Below, piece by piece: positions 1 through 13,046 of a DNA stretch of 64,000 bases. A model generated the notes under the pieces. It had not been told where the DNA came from, ran no database searches, and was given only the letters and a program-made list of their open reading frames with translations. The position numbers and the translations under genes were made by a program. The number at the start of each line of letters is the position of its first letter. Positions within the stretch are counted from its first letter, which is position 1. This DNA is from Octopus sinensis (taxonomy: Eukaryota). Location of the stretch: assembly GCF_006345805.1 (NCBI RefSeq), contig NC_042998.1, forward strand, positions 101,866,001 to 101,930,000. The letters are read 5' to 3'.

Positions 1-2
1 AT

Positions 3-235
3 GGGCATATGGCGTAGTGGTTAAGAGCGTGGGCTACTAACCCTAAGATTTCGAGTTCGATTCCAGGCAGTGACCTGAATAATAATATTAATAACAACAT
101 CGAAAAATACCTTAGGAATGAGAAACCAGGTTCGAAATTTCGCCAATACATATGATGAAGGTTGGAGGGTATATCAGCCGAAACTTTGTGTTAACAACAC
201 AGAAGATGAGGATAAATGTGCGTCACTTGTAAATA
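3..235 (+). mobile_element. tRNA-derived SINE with hammerhead-like tail
   Basis: Pol III A-box TGGCGTAGTGG (10-20) and B-box GAGTTCGATTCC (52-63), AAT-rich linker, then a unique tail. Confidence 0.75.
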
Positions 236-239
236 ATGT

Positions 240-1975
240 ATAACAATTTTAATTTCATTTCCTGTCTATAGTGTGGCTATAACAATGTCTTCTAGTGGTT
301 CCATACTTTTTGAAATTAATCTCCAAAATGTAGTCTGCATGACCGATATTTTTTTCGATGGAATGTATTGCATTTTAAAATTATTATTTAGTAATATTAC
401 ACTCAAATGTTTTTTTCCCTTTCGCTGTATGAATCGGTAACCCTTTTTAGGCCCATAAACCGAAACCAAAGGTGTATGGTCCGTTTACAATGAAAAACTT
501 ATGCCATGCAGAAACCTGTGAAATTTTTTAATCCTTTTCAACTTGACTATATCGCTTCTCTGTCGCTATTAGCGAGTGCGAAATATGAACAACTGGTTTT
601 GTACTTCCGTCTTCGTATTTATGTAATAGAATTGCATCCAATCCGTGCTCGGAGCCATCAGACTCTACAGTGATGTTCATTTCGGGATGGCAATGTGCTA
701 ACGGCAAGTTTGATAGAATTGTTATCCTTTCTTCAAAAATGTTCTGGCATTTACTGGACCATTTCATCTTGTTTTTAATGAGTCGTTCAATGGAGCTCTT
801 AACTTGTGCATATTAGGAATGTAGCTTTGGTAATAGTTTCACAACTCAAGAAATGCTTATAAATTTGGAATATTTGTTGGCGTAGGCATATTCATTATTG
901 CATCTGCTCTCGACGGGTCAGGATGTCTACCACTTTTTATCAATTATTTGCCCTAAGTACTTAATTTTTTGTAGATAGAATTCGCATTTTTCTTCGCTCA
1001 AGGTGACCCCAAAAACTTCCATTTCCTTAAACATAGCTTTCATGTGTTTCACATGCAGTTCACGAGAATTAGTCTTGATAAAAATATCATCCAAGTACTG
1101 GATAGAAAATTCACAATAGGATAACATAGTATCCATGATTTTCTGGAATATTGCTTGTGCCACAATCCAAAAGGTAGTCATTTGTATCTGTACAATCCCC
1201 TGTCAAATATTTTGAGCATTTTTCATTTATTTTAAATAAACGTCAGACAGATTTTAATCTGGAAAAGTTTTTTTCCAGCATTTAACTTTGAAAAAATGTC
1301 CTCTACAGTCGGGAATGGATAGTGGTATTTTTAAAGCAGCCGTACAATACTGTAGAGAAATCCGCACAGAAACTAATCTTATGATTCTTTTAAATACATA
1401 CCGTGGGTGCCACCCACTTTGGGTAATCCACCATTTTGATGACTCCACTCCTTTCGAGTCTGTCCAACTCTTCATTTAGGGTCTTAATTGCCGCGAACGT
1501 TAATTTTCTCTTTGCTTTAAATACAGATACAGCGTTTTCGCTTACTTGAAAATAGGCTTCCTTCTTTCTATATAAAACTACATCCTCTGATAACACTTGC
1601 AGGAACATTTTTTTCAACTTTTTTGTTCAGTTCTTCCGAAGAGTTGTTTTTAACGGGACAACCATTCATGTTATTGAAGTAAAGATTTATGGGGAGGTAC
1701 CATAAATCGAATATTTCTAACCAATTTGTCCCAAACTGATTGTATTATCGACTACGAATAATTTTGCTTCAAGTGTCTCTCCTCGAAATGTAACATCGAT
1801 ATATGTTTTACCCATGAAATGAAATTTATCGCCCGTTACATCACACGCTATTTTAGCTGTTTTACGTAATCTCGGTTTACCTATTCTTTTCCAAGTATCC
1901 GCATTTATAATCGAGATGTCATTACCTGTGTCTAACTGTAGTTTGGTATTCACATCCTTTATTTTCTTGTTTTCC
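240..1975 (-). mobile_element. Degenerate Ty3/Gypsy pol fragment (protease-RT-RNase H), K02A2.6-like
   Basis: Frameshifted ORFs in Gypsy order: LQLDTGNDISII (protease), IQYLDDIFIK and KIKYLGQIID (RT), VESDGSEHGLDAILLH...YSQVEKD (RNase H), then linker. Confidence 0.9.
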
Positions 1976-2003
1976 GTCGCAATCACTCTCCGCTGAAAAC
2001 ACC

Positions 2004-2923
2004 TTAGAACTCTTTGTGTTGATAGGGACGGTGTCTGTAGGGGAAGGTTGGGGCATGAGTGTCATCATTTACAAAGTATGCTTTTTTCCTTCTCTTTCTA
2101 TTTTTTCCACCCGCTTCCCATCCGTTCTTTTTCTCGTTCACTTCCTCCTCCACGGCGCTGGTACTGGTTTTCGTCGGTGGTGAAGTCGTGCTTTTCTTCT
2201 TGCTTTCGGGTTTCTCTTTAGTCTTGACGAGTGGTGGAGAACAGTACGCTCTAATGTGGCCTTTTAGGCTACATTTATAGCATCGTGGGATCCTGCCATC
2301 TTCTCTGACCCAGGTTCTCACCTCTTCGACCGTGATGGTCTCGACCATGTTTTCAAGGTCTTTCAGGGCCACCTGTATTATCATATAAAGGCTCTGCCCT
2401 ACCCGTTTCTTATGGGGTGTTCTGGTGGCCTGGAGGACCACTACCATCCCTTCCGTGCCCAGCAGGATTACAGCTGCTAGCCAGGCTATATCAATTTCTG
2501 GGGGTATATCTTCTACCCTAACCGTAGAAGCACGTCTCACAAGGTATATGGGTAGAAGCACCACTTCAGCCCTTTTTATGGTTGTTGCGGAGTGCAGTCT
2601 AGCGGTATCTACCTTCCGGAACTTCACCTCCATCGTTCCAAACTTTCTTCCTCTGGCAAGGGATAGAAATCCCTTGCCACAGTAGTTTTAGTGCCTTTTC
2701 GATTTGAGCGTTCGACATGATTTGGATTTTCCTTGTTGCTGCTGAGTACGTCCTGTAGATAATGTTTTTTACCTTTTGTTTTTTTTTTTAAATTTCTTTA
2801 GGAGGTGGACACTTTTACGTCGTTCCCCTCCCTTTTAAGCATTTTTTTCAGTCTACACAACTCACACAGACACACGTCTAGACTTTTCTCTTTCACCGAC
2901 TCTGCATAATTCTTCACCTCCAT
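2004..2923 (-). pseudogene. gag-like / L1-Tx1-type ORF1 with CCHC zinc knuckle, disrupted N-terminus
   Basis: 209-aa ORF with VRVEDIPPEI and CYKCSLKGHIRAYC (CX2CX4HX4C) plus a basic tail. Upstream frameshifted pieces (MEVKNYAESVK, LARGRKFGT) extend it to about 2923. Confidence 0.65.
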
Positions 2924-3058
2924 TTGTTTCGTCTATTCTCTTCAGACTTTTCACCAACTCTTCCTCAGACGACGTAAAGTCTTTTGAAGAAGAACTCAAA
3001 CCATCTTATTCTATTACGAAGGCACGAATCTACGACGTTCTCCCATCAAAAAGAGGGA

Positions 3059-3314
3059 TGTCGAACAATACCGCTGCAAGGCGGCAAAACACACGTGTTC
3101 CACATAAAGACAACAATTCAACAGCAATCAACACGACAGAACTAGCATCAACTACATCACTAACTCAGACCGCTACTATTTATATGTAGTGGTCCAATCC
3201 TTTCTCGCCAGGTGCCATCGTACTCTCGCACAATAGTTTGTGTATGTGTGTGTATGTGTGTCGTCGTGACCGTAGAATGTGATGGTGTCAATTAGGTTAA
3301 GCATTGTGATGACA
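3059..3314. repeat. LTR-like block with TGTC...GACA termini, preceded by a polypurine tract
   Basis: AAAAAGAGGGA (3048-3058) abuts TG. Termini are 4-bp inverted. TATAAATA box on the minus strand near 3177-3184. Confidence 0.4.
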
Positions 3315-3869
3315 CAAAAGTGTATTTGATTAAATTGTAAGTTGAAGTGTTTCCTTACAATCGGTAGCTATTGACAACAGTTTCCTATTGAATGTTAAAC
3401 CTCTCAGAATTGATATGAGATGGGCACTAAACGATGCATAGAATAGGAAATAGAGAGAAATAGGGTTGTTTGAGGGGGAGTGGTATGCGAAAAAATATAG
3501 GGAGATTTGAATTGAAGTGGAAATTTTAATATGATGAATGGTGAAAAGGGGTCACATTACGTTTATAATTGTATGTAATTATATATATCTTAATGTGTGT
3601 GTTTTTGGCTCAAGAGTATGAGTGTGTGTGGTTTGTGGTCGGGTTTGTTGAGTAGCGAGTTGCTATTGAGATAGATAATGTAATTGATAAAATAAATAAT
3701 TCCAATGTAAAAATATAATTTTTAGATAGTGTCATTAATTGATAGTAGATCGAGAAGAAATCTTTAAATTAGAGTTCAAATCACAGAATGCATATGGAAT
3801 GGATACCATATATACTTTGAAACTTAGTCAACAATCCCGAAGTTAAAAGGAATAGATTAGGTGACTCAT

Positions 3870-3990
3870 TCCTGCTATTATTATCTGGTATTTTCTCTTT
3901 TATCAACCCCGAATAAATGTAAAACACCCTGGCAAGTTTTGAGCTGAGAATCTACAGAAGCGGAACTAAAGTCGATAACGTATTACCTCA
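3870..3990 (-). mobile_element. Degenerate SINE fragment
   Basis: Resembles the reverse complement of the SINE body at 58240-58310. Confidence 0.4.
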
Positions 3991-5081
3991 GGCACTACTA
4001 TTGCTCAATAATTGTTTTTAACTTGCCTCCATCTGCGAACCCACCACTGTCCTTCATTATAAATAAGCTCTATTTGCTTAATGCTATGATATCCAGTAGT
4101 TTCTTACGCTCGAAAGAAAACTACAAGTTACCGTAAGGAATCCAACTTGCAAAATGCTCAAGATCCCAATTTAGTGTAGAAATACGAATTACCTGACGAA
4201 TTCACACACACACCCACACCCACCCACAAATACGAAGACGCGCACGTGCGCACACAAACGCACACACACAAAATATGTGTAAGTATATGAGTGTGTAGGT
4301 ATGATATATCTCTAAATGTGCTTGTATATTACTGTGAACTGCTTAAAGGAGAAAAGTCCAATTAAAGTCGAAATATGAATATGATAGTGGCGTGGATTTT
4401 ACATACTGCATAGGGTACTATATCGAATTATGAGAAAGTGGAATACGATTACGTTACGTTTTATTTACAATATATGAAGGATAATTATCACTCCAAAACC
4501 AGGCCTATAATGACGTTCATATATATATATATGTATATAAGTATAGAGTAATGTAAAAAGATTCCGGAGGATATATTATAAATAATTAAGATTATTTATG
4601 AATATATCGATGAATATATCAATGGCCAAATATGTTTACCATAAAATACAAAGAAGAAAATCGTTTATAATTATGAACTAAGAGGGTTAAAAAGCCCTTA
4701 CATTTTAAAAATAGCAGCCAAAACCGCTATAAAGTCATGATATTCCTCATATTATTTCTCCTCGTGATAAAAAACTCTCTTCGGGTGACATGGCAAATAG
4801 AATCCACAACATGGACATAACTGGTTAATTCCATATTGCAATTTCGACGTTAGGGTCCCCTTAAGGGATCTATTCGTCTCGTCAGGGGAAATATTCCTAT
4901 AGATAGAAATCAAACAAGGCTTAACCTTGGTGATAGCATGAATTCCGACCGTCAATAGAATTGTTTCGATCCCTATCTACACAATCAAGTTCTGAATTCA
5001 AATGCTATGCACAGCGTTTACGTGAAAATACCGGTAAATTCGAGCCATGGCAAAATCACCAAATACGAGTAGGGAAAATTT

Positions 5082-5118
<37 letters not shown>

Positions 5119-5124
5119 TATACA

Positions 5125-5345
5125 TATAATATAATTCGAGACAAAACCACTATTTTGCAAAACAAATAAGGAAAGACTTAATCAATACATAAAAATTCAT
5201 ATTAAAAATTTTTATAAAAAAATGTTTATGTATTGATTAAGTCTTTCCTTGTTTGTTTTGCAAAATAGTGACTTTGTCTCGAATTATATTATATAATATT
5301 TTACTATAAAATTGGATTTAATCCTAAATCTGATTTTTCCCTGTA
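5125..5345. repeat. Fold-back repeat, probable PLE pseudo-LTR end
   Basis: 69-bp inverted arms 5125-5193 / 5225-5293 with about 3 mismatches, beside (TA)n. Confidence 0.6.
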
Positions 5346-5368
5346 AATTTGGATTTATTCCCTAATAT

Positions 5369-5467
<99 letters not shown>

Positions 5468-5734
5468 TGTATGTATGTATATACTATATATGTACAGATA
5501 TATATGTTTTATAAGTACATATATATATATGTGTGTGTGGATATGTGATGTGTGTGTGTGTAAAATATATGTATGTATGTATGTATGCATCAAACCGTCT
5601 ATCTATCTATCTCTCTCTCTCTATCTAGGTATATACATATATATAGTGAGAAATTATAAAAACACAAAAGATGAGTACGGATATGTAAACAACAAACATA
5701 TATATTTGTCTAACGCTAGGTACTCTTAAATGGG

Positions 5735-7135
5735 CCGGCTATGCGACACCGGCATAGGACACAGCTACGTTCTCACTTGGCTTAGTAAGTCTTTTCAAGC
5801 ATAGCATATCTCCAAAGGTTTCGGTCGCTTGTCACTGCCTCCGTGAGACCCAAACTTCGAAGGTTGTGCTTCACCACCTCGTCCCAGATCTTCCTGGGTC
5901 TAACTCTTCCACAGGCTCCCTCCACTGCTAGGGTTTGACAATTTTTCACACAGCTGTCCTTATCCATACACAACACATGACCATACCAGCGAAGTCGTCT
6001 CTCTTGCACAACACATCTGTTGCTTCTTATGCCCAACTTTTCTCTCAGGGGTTTTACACTCTGTCGTGTATGCAAACTGACATCACACATCCAATCGAGC
6101 ATACTAGCTTCATTTCTTGCAAGCTTAGGCATGTCCTCAGCAGTCACAGCCCACGTTTCCCTGCCATATAATATGCCTGTTCGTACACATGGGTCATACA
6201 GTCTACCTTTCACTCTGAACGTGAGGCCTTTTGTTATAGGTAGAGGTAGAAGCTCTCTGAAGTTTGCCTAGGCTATTCTTATTCTAGCAGCTACGCTGTC
6301 AAAGCATCCATCCCCTCTACCGACTTGTTCACCTAGGTAACGGAAAAACTACTTCTAGTTTTTCTCCCTGGCATGTGACGGAAGCTGTTTCTGCACATTT
6401 TCAGTATATGTTGCCCTGTGCACTCGCCACACAGAAAAACTATCGCCTCAGTTAGCCTTCCTTTGATATTGCTGAACCTCTCATGTATCCATAGCTTACA
6501 CCGGGTATATCTTATGGAACGTCTACCTACGCCTTTTTTTCAGTTCGAATAGGGTCAACTACCTGAAGGGATGTGTGATTTGTCTGCCTTTCCACTTACT
6601 AAGTCTTGGATTTATGCTACATTGACTCTAAGGCCCTTCGATTCTAGACTTTGCTTCCACATCTGAAACCTCACTAGTTCTGATAGTGACTCATCTATTA
6701 GAGCCAAGTCATCAGCACAGAGGAGCTCCCAGAAGCATTTTGTCTTGAATTCCTCTGTTATTTTCTGGAGGAATATGATGCATAAGAGGGAGATGAGGAC
6801 TGAATCTTGGTGAAACCCCTAACCCTACCCGAAGTTCTTCACTATGCTCATTGCCAACCGTCAACTTACTGACAGCATCCCTGGGCATGGCTTGTACAGT
6901 TCTCACCAGCCACCCATCTATCTCTAGTTTCCGCATTCACCACCAGAGAAGATATCGGGGAACCTATTAATGGCGTTTTCCATGTCAATGAAAGCCAAGT
7001 ACAGAGGTATTTCTTTGGTTATGTATTTCTCTTGCAGCTGTCTTACCAGAAATAGAGCATCAGTAGTACTTCTCCATGACACAAATCCAAACTGCGTTTC
7101 GTCTAAACTAACTCTCTCCCTAATTAGTTGGGCTA
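5735..7135 (-). mobile_element. 5'-truncated, degenerate RTE-clade LINE
   Basis: QFGFVSWRSTTDALFLVRQLQEKY, LAFIDMENA, ILYGRETWA, RRLRWYGHV, GRVRPRKIW. Confidence 0.9.
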
Positions 7136-7733
7136 CATATATAATTATAAACATACATACATGTATATATGAACATGAGTGTCCTTGTGTGTATGTGTGT
7201 GTGCGTGTGAATACTATAACATACTTGCACCCGAAGGTATACCAATCTGTTACGCTGAGACTATGAATATAAATGTGGACGCAAACGAAAACAAGAAAAT
7301 AATAATGCTTTGGATTTCTTGTATTCAAGCAATCCTTAAGCGTGTTGACCATAGAAGTTGACCTGTACGCTATTTAACGACAACCGAAATAATTAAAAAC
7401 GAAAATGACCTCAGCGACATTTGAACGTAAAATCTCAATCTATATACCACAGGCATTTTGTATGAATTCTCTAAATCCAAAGCCTTTTTCCAATAATATA
7501 TTATAATCTATATCTATTCGATCAATCACACCTATCTTGGTTGTACATTTACCGTTCTACGTGCACAGAACTAATCAGGATTAAGGCGTACATGAAATGC
7601 ATTACGTTAGTTACGTAGATGTTACATCTTTGTAGAAAACGCACAGATATGTATTTGCACAAGATTTCAATCTGTCATTCGTAAGTATGAATACATGTAT
7701 ATATGTATATATGTAGTTATATACGGATGTATG

Positions 7734-7782
<49 letters not shown>

Positions 7783-7848
7783 GTTTGTGTGTGTGTATAT
7801 TTATGTATAAATATATATATAGATGTATGTATATATGTTTGTGTATGT

Positions 7849-7888
<40 letters not shown>

Positions 7889-8089
7889 GTGTGTGCGTAT
7901 TTGTGAGTACTTGCACTGGAAGCTGTGTGCAAAATCATTGAATTATTTCTACCATCAAATCAAGCCACCTGCGTTAGATTGGTTAATATTCAGAAGTAGC
8001 GAGAACGGCGATCAATACTTTTTTCAATGAGAATCTAAGCTGAACAGTTCGACGATGGAGACAATATAGCAGATTAAGACACCTACATT

Positions 8090-8102
8090 GCCATTATTAT
8101 TA

Positions 8103-8163
<61 letters not shown>

Positions 8164-8395
8164 CATCATCGTCGTCGTCGTCGTCATCATCATCATCATC
8201 ATCACCGGCACCATCACCATCACCTTCATCATCATCGTCATCATCATCATCACCATCACCATCACCATCACCACCATCATCATCATCATCATCATCCTCA
8301 TCATCATCATCATCATAAGCATCATCATTATTATTATCATTATTATTATTATTATCGTCGTCGTCATCGACATCAGCATCATCTGCATCAGTAAC
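8090..8395. repeat. Compound trinucleotide microsatellite (ATT/ATC/GTC/ACC)
   Basis: Directly visible; source of the poly-I/poly-M/poly-S ORFs. Confidence 0.95.
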
Positions 8396-9204
8396 CTCAT
8401 AATGATATGCATAACCATGAATAACTTATATGTATTCCCAATGTTGACAAGAAAAAAAGAAATCTGCACAGTTGTAGATACAGCCGCATATTCGCACACA
8501 CAATCATGTACACAAAGAGAAAGAAAGCAAAAAGAGGATAAAATGTAATCTGTTCATATGTATGTGTTTACATCTGTAGGCATTCAGATACATCTGCACA
8601 CATCCAATTTGCTGTAGATATGCATAAGGCATATCTGACAAGCAGCACGGACATAATCCATAGATTCAATACGGAAAGCCAGTGTGTGAGGCGTATCTGG
8701 GCATGCATTTGACTATATTTTACTAAACAGTACATTAATATATAAAAGTGATCACATATCACATATGTAAACCACTATCTCCTAGTACTTAGATTTTTTT
8801 GCGTAGGATACAAAAAGTACATCTTTTAAAGTATCAGGTTATAGACTGTACAATATAATCTAATACTTTATATAAATTATAAACCCGAGTAAGAGTGCAT
8901 GCTGTTATTAAAAGGTCATATACGTCCTTACAGACGTACATATATACATACATACGAGTGTACGTACATACGTATATACATACATACATGCATGCATACA
9001 TACATACATACAGTTTACACTGCCGTTAAGGTTAGGATGAACAAGAAAGTAAATGTAGTCCATTCGGTGAGAAATAAATATCATTTAATATTCGGTTACA
9101 GAAGAGATAATTTGATAGATTCATATAACATGCCATGTTATATCTCCAAACAATCGTTCATGTTAAATAAATGTCCTATGATGTATTTCAAAACCAGAAC
9201 ATTG

Positions 9205-9350
9205 GTATGTATGTTTGTATGTATGTATGTATGTATGTATGTATGTATGTATGTATGTATGTACATGTATGTATGTATGTATGTATGTATGTATGTATGT
9301 ATGTATGTATATATGTATGTACATGTATGTATGTATGTATGTATGTTTGT
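9205..9350. repeat. (TATG)n microsatellite
   Basis: Directly visible. Confidence 0.95.
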
Positions 9351-10099
9351 ATGACATTATGTATGACATTATTCATTTTTATTTCAACATTTCTTACAAA
9401 TAGTGAGAGAGCAGACCGGTCTTCAACCTAGATCCAAGGATCCTTCATGGAAATTTCATCAACATAGATATTTTTAAATGTATCTATATATGCAGATTTG
9501 TATGTTTTGTTTTATGTATGTATGCATATATGTACGTACGCCTAACTGTATGCGTATCTGTCCGTCTGTTTGTATGTATTATGTATGTATAGCCCAATCT
9601 CCAAGTCTTTACATGAGACCAAGTTCTACAAATATTACCTGCCAAACACATGTATGTATCTATATAGTGCTGGATTATCAATCCGGGAAAAATACTTCAT
9701 AAGCTCTTTGTTGGAACACCAGTCTAACATAATTAAAACTAATGAAGAGCTCCAATTGATCTTTTGGTATGGGTAAATGTTCTGATAAAAGTAGCATTAA
9801 TTTTCTTAAGTCGTTTGATTTACCTCAATTGAACAATAGACCAATTGAGTAAATCTATCAGTAATGTACCTAGTACCTATAATTCCTACTGCAAACAGCT
9901 GTAAGCCTAATTTGCCCCAATAAAGGAATTTCATGTAATGTCCGTTATTTTTAACTTTCAATGGTGGCTATAGTCCACCGGGCATTAGAGACTGAACAAA
10001 CGCCGTAAAGCTAAGCACTTTATAGAGGTGAGACCCAGGCTAACCATATAGACAAGCCATAACTAACTTTATCTAATGTATAATATATAATATATTATA

Positions 10100-10165
<66 letters not shown>

Positions 10166-10180
10166 ATATAATATATATAT

Positions 10181-10580
10181 AATCAATATAGGGTGGCAAA
10201 AAATTCAGCAGAAATTATTTGCCACCAGCGGCCTAGTGGGAAAAAAGTAAATAGTAAATAATTTCTGCTGAATTTTTTGCCACCCTATATTGATTAATTA
10301 TGAATTTTCTGTTTAATTCCGAAATGGAATCGGCAGCTTATATTTGCTGCCGATAAATTTGGCGCGAGTACGATGATTTGAAAAATTTTAGGTCAGATAT
10401 AGCCGAGACAGTAATGGTGCTGCCTCGTGAAAATATCTGTCCCGTCTGGCTTACTTTACTGATGAATCTATTGGCCTATGGAAGATTAGCTTCATTTAAT
10501 TTAATCAGGTTGATTTACCATTAAAAAATAGACGAAACGATGCATTGTATAAAGTATTACAGGGTAAATGTTTTTTTAAA
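10181..10580 (+). mobile_element. PLE pseudo-LTR-like element with 5' inversion and hammerhead
   Basis: 40-bp inverted arms 10181-10220 / 10256-10295 next to (TA)n; HHR at 10452-10556. Confidence 0.65.
10452..10556 (+). ncRNA. Type I hammerhead ribozyme with long stem II
   Basis: Stem I TACTTTA/TAAAGTA; core CTGATGA and GAAA; stem II TCTATT/AATAGA with an A.C mismatch at 10.1-11.1; palindromic stem III ACGATGCATTGT; GTA cleavage triplet. Confidence 0.75.
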
Positions 10581-10683
10581 TTTTCTCCTGGTTTACGGAA
10601 TTAATATTGTTTTGCGGTTGAAGCCTTGGCTGCTATTTCTAGTGGGTTGAACGACCTATTATGGCCGTTCCTTAATTTTGCTG

Positions 10684-10719
<36 letters not shown>

Positions 10720-10721
<2 letters not shown>

Positions 10722-11079
10722 GTTTAAATATTTGTTGTGCAAGATTTTTTATGTGAAGTCGTGTGTTGAAACAGATATTGTTATATTTCGGAATGGTCAT
10801 ATTGCCAGTTTAGCCAATAAAAACACACGCACTATATATTTGGTGTTATTTTGCTTCAGTGATATTTATTTTTTACATTAATCAAAGTTCTTTCGTCACA
10901 CTCCTGAAGAAAACAAAGGACCACTGATGCGGTCACAGGAGTGTGACGAAAGAACTTTGGCCGAAATAAGATTAAGATTAATGTAAAAATAAATATCACT
11001 GAAGCAAAATAACACCAAATATATAGTGCGTATGTTTTTATTGGCTAAACTGGCAATATGACCATTCCGAAATATAACA

Positions 11080-11085
<6 letters not shown>
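10720..11085. repeat. Nested fold-back repeat with hammerhead-like motif
   Basis: Outer arms about 10775-10883 / 10977-11083; inner arms 10883-10906 / 10936-10959; flanked by (TA)n on both sides. Confidence 0.75.
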
Positions 11086-11129
<44 letters not shown>

Positions 11130-11133
11130 ATTA

Positions 11134-11680
11134 TGCACCTCTTTGCTGCACCTCTTTTCATTCGTAATTCTTCTTTTAAAATTCGTCGGCAGATTCCCTA
11201 GGACACATAAGTCATATCGACAACTTTGTCAATTGTTCGGTGTTGACGCTCCAAGAATTTTCATGATGTTTTCATTCGTTCGGAAGGTCGACTGTCGTCT
11301 TGAACAAGGTTAGTCTCCGAACAAGTGACAATTTCTAAAACATGGAAACGATTTGTAAACTTGTATTTTACGCATGGCAGCGATCTTATAAGCTGTTTGA
11401 AGCATGACAACTGTTTCGGCCGCCATTTTCCCCTAAAAATAAACAGATTTTCAAAGTAACACGTTGTTCTTTCGTTTCAGCAGTCGCAAAAATCAACAAA
11501 CAGGAAAGAAGCTCCGCGAAACAAAGACGCACCACGCGGCAGTACGACAACAACGAACGACGCCGATCGGCAGATTGATGCCTGAGAGTTGTATCAAGGT
11601 GCTTTTACCGGCGAAAGCCTGAATTACAAAGGGCTTGTCCCGCAGAGAACATTTCCGGTTCCTTTTGGGTACTCCTTTGC
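11134..11680 (-). mobile_element. Mariner 5' fragment (TIR and transposase N-terminus)
   Basis: TIR-like GGAGTACCCAAAAGGAACCGGAA; decayed HTH region (ETVVMLQTAYK...AMRKIQVYK). Confidence 0.7.
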
Positions 11681-11698
11681 ATATATATATATATAATA

Positions 11699-11806
<108 letters not shown>

Positions 11807-11855
11807 ATATATAATATGTATGTATGTATAATATATATGTATATATATATGTATG

Positions 11856-11899
<44 letters not shown>

Positions 11900-11919
11900 T
11901 ATATATTATAGGGAGAATT

Positions 11920-12110
11920 TACGAAAAATTAAAAGACGAAGACAGGTGGTTACAAAACAAACAGATGTATTAGTTTTACGCTCAGGAATAGAAAAACTCT
12001 TTTACGTTTCGAGTCTACGCTCTTCAACAGAAATGGACACAGAAAAAACAAGGAGAGAAAAAAGGAGAGAAAAAATCTGTGTTGTGGCTAACGGTCTATC
12101 ATGGTGATAT
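11920..12110 (-). mobile_element. Short PLE-type repeat with hammerhead-like motif (CTGTTGA core)
   Basis: Minus strand: TTT CTGTTGA A GAGC GTAG ACTC GAAA CG TA AAG at 11998-12034; abuts (TA)n. Confidence 0.45.
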
Positions 12111-12629
12111 ATATATACAAACAGACATACGCACCCTCATACATATATATATGAGGCAACGAGTGACACTTCCGTATGATAGCTAAACGGGAGAGAAATA
12201 GTCACAATACCTTCCTAATATCTTACGCATGTATGTATGCATATATGTATGTATGCATGTATGTATATAGGTATGTATCTGTCTATCTATCTTTCTATTT
12301 ATCTATCTATCTATCTATTATCTATCTATATGTCTATCTATCAAACAACCATTAGTGTTCTCACTAGTGCTCATGTTGTGGAAAAAAGCATCAGTATACT
12401 GTGCAAAATGATTGCCGTTAGTTAGCGCATCCAACACTTAAGACAAAACCAGTGTACACATTGAACCTAATTCTGCAGTCGGATCCCGTAGAACTGTTCA
12501 AACTTTGCCGGCGTGGAAGATTCATATTAAGTATCGATGATTACACAATGATTACATATACACAAACATACACACGCACACATACATACACTTATGTATG
12601 TATGTATGTATGTATGTATGTATGTATGC

Positions 12630-12667
<38 letters not shown>

Positions 12668-13046
12668 ATACAGAAATTCATATTCCAGCCAAACGCTGCA
12701 CTAATACATCACTATACACAAAATACAACCCCATTGCAAATTATACTATCTTTATCATACGTACCTTAAAATATCGAAATCAAAATCAGAGATTAGACAA
12801 AGTGGGAAATATGCAGAGACATGGCTTCTGAAGGTGAGCTTATGAGAAGGGAGGTAATCATTATAGAAATAACTTAATGGTAACACTTGAAATATAAATA
12901 GTGAAGAAGAAATATGTACGAGAGCGTTAAGCAAAAGATAAGAAATAAAAGAAAATTAGTGAAAAGAGACGAGCAGTCAGTGATACAATGTTGTTGATGT
13001 TCTTAATGGACTAAACTTACTTCATCGAATAGATTTCTGAATTAGT

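Noticed and set aside
3-75. Functional tRNA gene
   Set aside because: A/B boxes are present but there is no complete acceptor stem and it continues into a SINE-type tail.
8580-8685. Possible plus-strand exon (CTGTAG acceptor, GTGAGG donor, open frame)
   Set aside because: No recognisable homology and no coherent partner exons; such signals arise by chance.
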